DNA of 33,763 nt, taken from contig NC_068987.1 in the NCBI RefSeq assembly GCF_001194135.2, positions 70,092,528 to 70,126,290 on the forward strand, given 5' to 3'. Positions 10,988-20,391 of this stretch are shown here, in pieces. A program made the translations under genes and the position numbers. Position 1 is the stretch's first letter. Every line of letters begins with the position of its first letter. Under the pieces are notes generated by a model, which did no database searches, was not told the DNA's origin, and saw only the letters and a list, made by a program, of their open reading frames with translations. Origin of the DNA: Octopus bimaculoides. Its lineage: Eukaryota.

Positions 10988-11296
10988 CTAATTAATATAG
11001 CGATTCTTAAATTCTCCTCCACATAGTCCGATATAACTATTCTTATCGGTTGTGTTATCATCTAGCGTTGCAGTGATTTCTGCCTCATACATGACGTATT
11101 TAATCGTATATCGCTGGTCAAATGGACAGGTTCCTGGGCCTCGACATTTAAAACTAGATTTAGGTTCTTGGTGCTGACATCGTATAATGATACTTTTCAC
11201 ATTGGAGCAGCATCTATATGATAATTTCACTGAGCGCTTGTTATATATTTTTGTGTACCCGTGATTTTCTGGAAAATGTTTGTCTAAGGGAGACAA
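10988..11296 (-). mobile_element. Penelope-like retroelement fragment (C-terminal Zn-knuckle and GIY-YIG endonuclease region)
   Basis: Translation LDKHFPENHGYTKIYNKRSVKLSYRCCSNVKSII...CRGPGTCPFD...YVMYEAEIT...SYIGLCGGEFKNRY follows the typical PLE pattern (DKHFP, VKxSYSC, CxC..CP, VIY..YIG..FKxRY). Confidence 0.85.
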
Positions 11297-11698
11297 GAAT
11301 CATGTACCGATGTTAGTTTTTACTTAATGGAAAAGGGATGGGTGAACTACTACAACTACTATTAGTTGGCTTGAACTACTTGACCAAACATTTGAAAGCC
11401 TTGGTAACGGCACCAAAGCAATCAGCTGGAAGTGGTCGGACAGCCGGATGAATAAAATTGACAAGAAGCAGAGTGACGGTATTTTAGTTGATACATAAAT
11501 ACTTGAAGTTGTAGACTAGTGATAGATCTACGCTCTGTATTATATAGCATATAATGAGGATGTAGTTAGTCCAAGACACTACAAAAATATAATATTCCAG
11601 GTTCTAACTTAGAGTGAGACTGTATATGTATGTGTATGGAAGACAGTGAGTCAGGGGTAGCTAAAGAAAGCGTTATTAAGGTCAAAACAACTGACAAA

Positions 11699-12050
11699 TA
11701 CAAGGGGTTATCCAAAAGTAAGCGGAAACGTTCTCTGTGAGACAGGCTCGTTGTAGTTCGGGCTTCCGCCGCTAGAAGTTACTTAATACGACCCTCAGGC
11801 ATCAGTCTACCGACTGAGGTTATTCAGGAGGGTTGTGCTGGCTTGTGGTGCGTTTTTGCTTTGCAATGCTTCTCTTCTGTTCATCGATTTTTGCGATGGC
11901 TGAAACAGTGTGCTTCTGTGAAATTCTGTTTTCTACTGGGGAATATGGCAGCCGAAACAGTTGTGCCATGCTTCAAACAACCTAAAGGCCGCTGCCATGT
12001 GCAAATTTCAAGTTTACAAGTGGTTTCCACGCTTTGGGAATGGTCACTTG
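11699..12050 (+). mobile_element. Decayed mariner-like DNA transposon, 5' end
   Basis: TA followed by CAAGGGGTTATCCAAAAGTAAGCGGAAAC (ITR-like). From 11896 the frameshifted translation is MA..QCASVKFCFLLGNMAAETVV/MLQTT*..AAMCKFQVYKWF, matching the N-terminal HTH region of mariner transposases. Confidence 0.8.
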
Positions 12051-12524
12051 TAATCTATGCTTGTATAAGCGAGTGTACATGCGCATTGCAGCTTATATAT
12101 CCATATCCGTTAACGGTTCTCCTTAATACTTTTCTCGCTGTATTGCATGCTCGTTTCTTTTCTGCGTCTTTTATTCTTTTATTGTTGTTCTATACAAATG
12201 AAGACATGTCCTTTAATTTACTGCGTTTCTTTAGACGAAATGAGAAGATACAGTGCAGTGCGGAACTGTTATTTTAACGAGTTTATCACCCGAAGAGACA
12301 CATCTACACCGTCGGGTGCCCCTGAAACACTTGTTAAGTAGTATCCACAAGTTCAGTAATGCTGCAGATTCTTCAAAGTATTCCTGTACATGGCAATTAC
12401 TTTTTCAAAATTTCAGCTTTGATGAATGAGAAATTTACTCTGAAAGAATGATATCCAGCTCGTTTATTCCTACAGGAAAGGTAAAACAAAGACGCTTCAG
12501 GGTTCAAACCCATTTAATATTAAA

Positions 12525-12707
12525 CGGAAATTTTGGCACAAAGCTTGCAGGTTTGTGGTAAGGTAGGTCGATTACATCGACTCCAGTGTTCAACTGGTAC
12601 TTATTTCAACAACTTCATCCTCAGCTGAACTCAGAACATAAAGACAGATGAAATACAACCACACATTTCGCCTTCCATGCTAACGATTCTGTCAGTTCAC
12701 CGCCTTA
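12525..12707 (-). mobile_element. Decayed SINE (family of 1204) with internal deletion
   Basis: Reverse complement reads GGCGGTGAACTGACAGAATCGTTAGCATG...GAGTTC...AAGTACCAGTTGAACACTGGAGTCGATGTAATCGAC. Confidence 0.8.
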
Positions 12708-13204
12708 TAGTTGCTGTGTATTTATATTAAATATTTCAGTAATAGCATTACCGGGATTAAGGAAATCTAGGAACTATTTACAGAGACCATGACTGGGAGA
12801 ACCGTTCCAATTTCTTTATATGAGAGGACTCAAAGTGCGTCCTGCAAAATTCGACCTCTACTCTCACTACAGATATAAACTCCCCTCGCTTGTGGATGCG
12901 CGATTTAAGTTGATAGCTTAGAATCGTTTCATATCTATATGCGAAGATTAAATCTCAAACTTCTGTTCTTAGACTATCATTGCTTTAGATCTTAACGCGT
13001 AAAATCGTTGTTTGAGAGTATCTAAACTTGTGTGATAACGTGCCCGTGGATTTTTCTGTCTTTTTGTGATATGTTTCAGTTTCATATATCTTAGTATCAA
13101 TGTTAAAAATGATATGTCTATTTATTTATGCCATGATATAATGACCGATGTATAACTACACAGACACATACATTTAAATGTATGTATATCTCCATCTATG
13201 CACA

Positions 13205-13208
13205 CATA

Positions 13209-13248
<40 letters not shown>

Positions 13249-13340
13249 TAGATAAAAAAGAGAAGGGAATACATTCATGCATACATACATACATACATGC
13301 ATACATACATACATGCATACATACATATATGCATGCATGC
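13205..13340. repeat. (CA)n and (ATAC)n microsatellites
   Basis: Directly visible. Confidence 0.9.
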
Positions 13341-13574
13341 ACGTAACAAATATAAATGTGTTGTCTTCGCAATATTGCTTCGGTCACCGATTTACTGAAA
13401 AAATAAAACAGATTGCATAATATAATAGTCATACATATAACTATTTTACAGTTTGTTTGGATCATTTAAACTTCTAATTTTATGAACATTTCTATAAATT
13501 CGTAGCCTTCTGAATTTAGATTTGTAGTATTAAAGCCATTCTCTAGCTATCAAATGCAATAGGATTTTTTTTTT

Positions 13575-13800
13575 TCGACATTTTGAACCGTTAAAACCTA
13601 CACATCATTTTTTTATCTCTCCGTGTTTTCTTGTTCTCTCTCCACATTTTTTTTTTACCACTCACCCCTTCTGTCGAAGATCGTATGCTCGAAATGTCAA
13701 AGATCTTTCTATTTTTCCCGAACGTTAAACTAATACACCTGCTTGTTGTTCTTACACCTTTCTTCGTCTTTTCCTTTCTGTAAATATGAAATGTATATAT
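13575..13800 (+). mobile_element. Repeat with a degenerate minimal hammerhead-like motif (PLE pLTR-like)
   Basis: CTGTCGA-A-GATC-GTAT-GCTC-GAAA-TGTC-AAAG at 13671-13702; internal partial duplication (GAACCGTTAAAACCTACAC vs GAACGTTAAACTAATACAC). Confidence 0.45.
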
Positions 13801-14468
13801 ATTCTAGGAGATTTTAAGGTGGCAATAGGGGCTTTAGCGTCTATTTCTTGCAGTGCGTAGTGAGGTGCAAAGTCAATTCCTTTTATAATTATCTGTATAA
13901 TTATAAAATATCTTGTAAATTTTACCTATGAGATTTTTAATAATTATGTAGATAATTATAAAATATTTTGTAAATTTTATCTATGAGGATTTTATTTCCA
14001 CACTGACCACCTGGTAAAATTATTATTGATTTTGCCCTTTTATTATAATTATTATTTGAATAAATTTACTACATGATCGAAACTGTATTTACTGCGGTCT
14101 AGATCTTAACACACTACATGTAGATATAAAAGAAAGATGCGAATTCTACTGGGCAATATATTTTTACGAGTGTCGCCAATCGCATGCATATTTTCTGATA
14201 CTCGTAAATTTATAGTATGGAATACTGTCACTGATGATTGCAGTAGGTAAAATATTTTTTACTTTAAGTTTGAATCACGATCTAGTACGCAGTTAACCAA
14301 ACTTTGTCGATTCATTATTGTTCTTTTGCTCGCCTACAATATAGTGTTATTCCCGGAGCTTTTACGGTGGTAATAGAGGTTTTAGCATCTATTTCTTGCA
14401 GTGCGTGGTGAGGTGTAAAGCTGATCCCTAGTTATAATTATGTACATATTTCTGAAATATTTTGTATA
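13801..14468. repeat. Pair of ~120-bp direct repeats (13801-13920, 14349-14468) with an internal ~55-bp tandem duplication
   Basis: Both copies contain TCTATTTCTTGCAGTGCGT(A/G)GTGAGGTG; about 85% identity over the first 70 nt by eye. Tandem units at about 13885-13938 and 13939-13993. Confidence 0.85.
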
Positions 14469-14485
14469 TATATATTTATGTATAA

Positions 14486-14502
14486 ATAGATAGATAGATA
14501 GC

Positions 14503-14586
<84 letters not shown>
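14486..14586. repeat. (GATA)n microsatellite
   Basis: Directly visible. Confidence 0.95.
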
Positions 14587-14587
<1 letters not shown>

Positions 14588-14611
14588 GCATACATAGACA
14601 CATACTTATAT

Positions 14612-14884
14612 NNNNNNNNNNNNNNNNNNNNNNNNNNNNNNNNNNNNNNNNNNNNNNNNNNNNNNNNNNNNNNNNNNNNNNNNNNNNNNNNNNNNNNNNN
14701 NNNNNNNNNNNNNNNNNNNNNNNNNNNNNNNNNNNNNNNNNNNNNNNNNNNNNNNNNNNNNNNNNNNNNNNNNNNNNNNNNNNNNNNNNNNNNNNNNNNN
14801 NNNNNNNNNNNNNNNNNNNNNNNNNNNNNNNNNNNNNNNNNNNNNNNNNNNNNNNNNNNNNNNNNNNNNNNNNNNNNNNNNNNN
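14612..14884. other. Assembly gap
   Basis: N run. Confidence 1.
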
Positions 14885-15481
14885 ATATATATATATATAT
14901 ATATATATAACAGACAGGCGGAGGGGAGTGTGAAAGGAAGAGAAATCTAGAGAAAGAAATGGAGTGGTATCTTGTTTCTGTACTATGTATTATATATGTG
15001 TCTACTAATGTTGAAATAACACTGTGTTTGATGGAACATTCTTGTCTAAAAGAATATATAATCCATTAGCTCTATGTATATGAGTCGGAAATGAGCACCA
15101 TATATAAATATATACATATACATCATTGAAATATGTTTCGTTACTTTCGTTGTTGCTGTTTTGAGAAATATCACAGGTGTTTTGGGAAAATAATATTGGT
15201 TTGTGCTGCTATAAATTAGAAAAAAAAAAGCTACATATAAAATAGCCAGCGTTTGGTGTTATTGACGGTGTCGGGGGAAATCAAACGTTTCAGACAGTGT
15301 CACTTTATCGGCAAACTCGATAACTTTGTATTTGTCTGGATCTGATGTGATGCTGATATGTGTGCTGGTTTTTCACAGACCATTGAGAAATACTGCAGCC
15401 ATAATTACAAACGAACGTTTTATCCACACACATTGATACAAACATATATTAAGCATACATATATATATATATATATATATA

Positions 15482-15847
15482 NNNNNNNNNNNNNNNNNNN
15501 NNNNNNNNNNNNNNNNNNNNNNNNNNNNNNNNNNNNNNNNNNNNNNNNNNNNNNNNNNNNNNNNNNNNNNNNNNNNNNNNNNNNNNNNNNNNNNNNNNNN
15601 NNNNNNNNNNNNNNNNNNNNNNNNNNNNNNNNNNNNNNNNNNNNNNNNNNNNNNNNNNNNNNNNNNNNNNNNNNNNNNNNNNNNNNNNNNNNNNNNNNNN
15701 NNNNNNNNNNNNNNNNNNNNNNNNNNNNNNNNNNNNNNNNNNNNNNNNNNNNNNNNNNNNNNNNNNNNNNNNNNNNNNNNNNNNNNNNNNNNNNNNNNNN
15801 NNNNNNNNNNNNNNNNNNNNNNNNNNNNNNNNNNNNNNNNNNNNNNN
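15482..15847. other. Assembly gap
   Basis: N run flanked by (AT)n. Confidence 1.
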
Positions 15848-15879
<32 letters not shown>

Positions 15880-16479
15880 GTGTGCGTGTTTGTTTGTGTT
15901 AATAATTGTACGATAAATTATTTATTGTTAACTGTCTACAACTCAAAATTTCATTTGACAGAACAGATATCCAACTGTATTCATCGAACCTGACGTCTCA
16001 AGTTCAATTTTCACTTTCCTTGTAAACTAAAGACACGCTATCAATTTCAAGCTTGCGGTGTAAGATGAAGAGCTATAATAGGCAATTTGTTACATTTTAG
16101 GTATTATATCTTATTTGGAATCATTTGAGTTTGGCGTCTGGAAAGTAATTTCCGAGCACGCGAAATAGAATAAAAGGCCAAGGTTTTCTGTCAGTCGACA
16201 AATTATGTTGTACAGAAATTCCAGAATTAAAGCTTTCTTTGACTCTCTACAATATTTATAAATTTTAACTTTTTAACTACTTAAACCTCTTGTGTGGAAG
16301 CTGCAGTGATCGCTATCAGATTATTATTTAGTAGCTTTCTTCTTTTAAACTCTTATTTTATCTCCACAGAGTAATATGACAATCAATATGGACTGAACGA
16401 AAACACTTTTGCTTATATTTTCTTTCACTTTCTTTACTGGAGCACCATCACAGAACGTTCTTTGAAAGATACTTATAAG

Positions 16480-16580
16480 GTAACGATGGCCTCGGCGGTA
16501 TTTGAACTAAGAAGCTAAAAAGCCAAAACAAATACTGTGAAAATTTTTCTGACGTTATACTTGATTCGTTCCATCCACCT
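16480..16580 (-). mobile_element. Highly decayed SINE 5' fragment
   Basis: GGCCTCGGCGGTATTTGAACT resembles the GACCTCGGTGGAATTTGAACT of the minus-strand copy at 5862. Confidence 0.5.
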
Positions 16581-18269
16581 AGGGGGGAAGTCAAAATTAT
16601 ATGTAAAATTCATGATTAAAGTTTGTGAGGCCGTAAATGATTGTTGGTTCTAATTTGTGTGTATACGCGTTGCTCTTGTTTTGTCGTTAGAATAAGTTAA
16701 GATATCGATGTGTAGTAGTCTTTTGAACATATGCTCAACACTCAGATGACTGACGAATCTGCTGCTTTACCAAAAGATATCCCACTTGCATTCTCAATAT
16801 ATATAAATTTTAATTATTTGTAATGTACCACATCCTTATGGCGAAGAGCTACCTCCATATTAATCGAATTGAGCAATTTTTTGCACGTATTATATATATT
16901 GGTTGTTCATATGCCCGTAGAGTTCTTAGGGGTGCCCTTCCTCCTATATTAGTATAGATTTAATCAGCTTAAAATCCACCCACTTTCTGGGTTTTGTGTC
17001 TAATCAAAACGCAGTATTCACCCCGGATGTAAAGGGATCGCTTATTGCGTTTCAGATACTAATACGTTGTGTGACTGATTTTGAAGGATTGGAGTAGAGA
17101 GATCCCACAATTTTATACACGATAGAATTCGGGTAAGCGAATTGGAATTGCTATTTAAACGCAGGTGTGTGTCTGATATGTTACAATTACTGGTAGTTGT
17201 GGAGAACGTATGTAAGTTAGTAAGTGATTAAATGATAACGTGATTGATGTGAAGTAGTTGGACAAATTCAGAAGATAGAGTGGGAGACTAAGTATTGACT
17301 GTCGATATTGTAGTTGTTGCGGTTCATGCCAACGTTTGAGCACAATAACGATCAAAGGTGCTAAATTCATGACCATCACACATATTTGTATATATACAGG
17401 ATTTCATTGCCCGATAAGTCCAGAAGAAAACCGTTTGTGTGAAAAATAATATGAGATGTTTTGAAATGACCGACTATGAAAATTTGACGATTATTTGCAA
17501 TGAAATAAGTGGTTTTGTGCATGGGAGATTAATACTGGGTGAATGAGTATGAGACAGAATTATATAAAAAGTGATAAATCTGAATAAATATATGGTATGA
17601 GTTGCATTTAGACTGAATCGTTCACGCATTTCATTAAAGAGGATAAAGGCTCCGCAAAGGATGCGATACAAAGGAGAAAAGAGTGAATACAATTTATGTA
17701 AATGAAAAACGACTGTAGTACGTAATGCGAACTGTGAAAACTAGCTGTTGTATAAAAACAACCGCCGTACAAGACTCAGGTAATCATCCATATAAGTTGT
17801 GTGTGTATTTTGTACGTTTTCAAGTATATAAATATACGCATACATATTTTTTATATACGTGTGTGTATGTGTTTGTATGTGTATATATATGAGTATTTTT
17901 CGACGAGTGAGCATTTATGTCAGTTGTTATTTACATCTGGAAGATGTATTCATGATGAGTGGCTTCAAGTTTGAAGGAATGTGCATAATAGGAAGAAAGG
18001 TGCTGAATGATCTTGTTTCGCTGCTATTGTTTGTGAGTAAGGGGATATTAGTTATAATGTATGTGTGGGTTTGAGTGACAGCGTAAGTTACGAGAGGTAA
18101 AAATGCGTGCGCATGCGCTGCCTTTAGAAGTGCATATAATGCCCTTCATATATGAATATTTGAGGCTCGACTGACAGAAAAAAAATGATTAGTTTTTTCT
18201 TACTTATGTATGCAAGACCTTGTGTATAGGTGAATATAATTCAGTGCGTGCTCTTGAGCAACTTGTTGA

Positions 18270-18410
18270 TCCATGTGGATCTGTGCTGGATTCAAAATGC
18301 TCTTGCTTCCAATCATCTCGATTATTAACCAAACCCTTTAGTTCAATAACATTTCTATTAACGAAACATTTAATTCTATCTTCATCTTCATATAACATTT
18401 TCTCCGTCTT
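18270..18410 (-). mobile_element. Possible LINE (RTE-like) ORF2 C-terminal remnant
   Basis: Translation KMLYEDEDRIKCFVNRNVIELKGLVNNRDDWKQ resembles the 'EL...DR..W' end of RTE-clade ORF2; judged from memory only. Confidence 0.3.
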
Positions 18411-18511
18411 CTATCTTTCTAAAAATAGTACTTTTCTTCAAGACTATTATTTGCACTTTAATATGTCAAAAATCCATTCATTAAAGTTGCATATTCATAG
18501 CTCAAGATTTA

Positions 18512-18715
18512 GGCGGCAAGATGACAGAACCGTTAGCATGCGGCAAAATGCTTTGCGATATTTCGTCTGTCTTCTTACGATATTTTGTCTGTTCTGAGTT
18601 GAAATTCCGCCGATTTCAACTTTGCCTTTTATCCCTTTCGACGTCAATAAAATAAGTACCAGTAAAATACTAGTGTCGAAATCTCTGGCCTTGTACCAAA
18701 ATTTGAAACCAATAT
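18512..18715 (+). mobile_element. SINE (family of 1204)
   Basis: GGCGGCAAGATGACAGAACCGTTAGCATG...GAGTTGAAATTCCGCCG...AACTTTGCCTTTTATCCCTTTCGACGTCAATAAAATAAGTACCAG...TTTGAAACCAA. Confidence 0.85.
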
Positions 18716-19859
18716 ATAACCCAAGTCATCCCATATATTTTGGAAGCCTTGTTTTGAAAATATTACCATCATGCTGAAATTCCGTAATAGTAAACCTATT
18801 TTCTCATTGATTTACATGTTATGTAACGTAGTATACAACAGGAACACATTACTTCCATAAATTGTACATGTATGTATTTGCTGCAAGATGTATCGTAGTA
18901 ATTTCATCAATCTTCGTATTACTGTGAGAAATTCTTTGTTTGTTAGTGTAACATTGTATGAAACAGATCCTTTAAATGTTAGGTCCATATGGCTAGGATC
19001 AGTTTTGCGTTTTAGATTTCAACTGAATCTAGTATAGTAGGGCTTTTGCAAGTGTTGGTAGCTAAAGTATTTTCTGGCGTCCATAACTTCGGTTCGTGCG
19101 TTACATGAATTTTTCCTTGATAAGGACAGTAACTTTGTTATTACGTTCTTTAAGGAGGCAGGCTTGAAGGGTATAGGTCGTATGAGAGTATAAGAGCTTT
19201 TCAACCGTATTCATTGTAGAGTTTGATGCCAATCATTTAGCAAATGTGAAGTCTTGTCCTCTGGATTGGTGCTTACTGAATCATCATGATTGTGAAGCAG
19301 AAGGCCGGAAGATCCCTCAAAGTTAGAGATACATTCTATTGTCAAATGACTAGTATGATGAATTGTTACACGTGAAGCGTGAGAACATATGAGTTCCTCA
19401 ATGCTCGAAGGAATCTCTTACGTTTTGCATGTGTTGTGGCAGTGGATTAAAACAATCCTGTTTGTTTTAGCGAGTAATTTTAATCAAGTGTTGTAGGCCC
19501 CGTTTCTAGCCAAACCACTACGACTTTGTGATTTAGTTATGCATTTTGATTGTTTGTGGGATATGAGGTATGCTTAAAAATTGCTTTCGATCACCAGCCT
19601 GAGTAAGGACAAATGTCCTTGGACTGATAGCATATATGAATGTACATTTGTCAACTCTTTCCTTTATCGATTATTCAGTCTACTGTTGTAGAGTATCGGT
19701 GTATAAGTTTGTTTCAGCATGTTTGAAAACTATATCAAACCTGTCTCATGATTTTCCCTATCTGACCGATAAAGTCGCAGCTAACTGCGCAATATATCGT
19801 TTTAATTATGAGTGATCTTGTGTAGAGATATTCTATAAATTTGTTCCCATCAGCTAATG

Positions 19860-20330
19860 CTCCGAATATATGCCGCGTAACGAGGGTAGTCCCACGTTCC
19901 CACGGACTACAAGAAATCGTAGCCAATTCTCACTCACCTGACAGATTTACAGAAAAGAAAAGCTCCATTGGACACTGTAGTCTTAAGTGTCTGAAAATAA
20001 AATGATGTCGGCATATTTGGAACGTCTTTTATCATAAATCCGCCTTGTTACTACGGACGTGGGATTATCAACAATTGCTACGATAGTAGACGATATAATT
20101 TTGGGTGCCCTACATGGAGTCTCCTTTCTTGCACTACAAAGAAGCAGGAGGGAGTTAGCTGTGAATATAGAAAGACAAATATGACTTAATTTTTATAATT
20201 TTTAAAGAAGTCGTTTCTTTAATATGTTGAGCAGTTTATTAAATAAGGTCATAACTACATATATATTAAATTTTGTTACTGTTGTTCTTTCCTCCACTTG
20301 CACGGAATTTTGCAAAGATGGCGTCTAAGC
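19860..20330. promoter_or_regulatory. Putative divergent promoter region
   Basis: Locally raised CpG content, five ACTAC(A) motifs, a YY1-like AAGATGGCG at 20315-20323, and outward-facing donor sites on opposite strands. Confidence 0.35.
19938..19990 (-). CDS. Candidate exon of an unidentified minus-strand gene (contains ATG: MELFFSVNLS)
   Basis: Minus strand shows acceptor TTTTATTTTCAG, CCAATGG start context and consensus donor CAG|GTGAGT. Confidence 0.3.
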
Positions 20331-20391
20331 AGCGATCTTTAGCGTTTCGTATATCTGCAAAAGACGGGATTGTGTGGTTTGAGGACATTCG
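20318..20391 (+). CDS. Candidate first coding exon (MASKQRSLAFRISAKDGIVWFEDI-R), unidentified
   Basis: Strong start context CAAAGATGGCG and donor GTTAGT at 20392; no homologue recognised. Confidence 0.3.

Noticed and set aside
12417-12480. Exon-like segment with TTTCAG and AG|GTAAAA sites
   Set aside because: Stop codons in all three frames; at most a UTR exon, with no supporting evidence.
13801-14468. CRISPR-like or LTR retrotransposon reading of the direct repeats
   Set aside because: Only two diverged copies, no regular spacers, no TG...CA ends, PBS or coding region; eukaryotic context.
17155-17379. Possible RT remnant (RQSILSLPLYLLNL...NHLLTY)
   Set aside because: Only a faint resemblance to RT motifs and no YxDD; cannot be supported.
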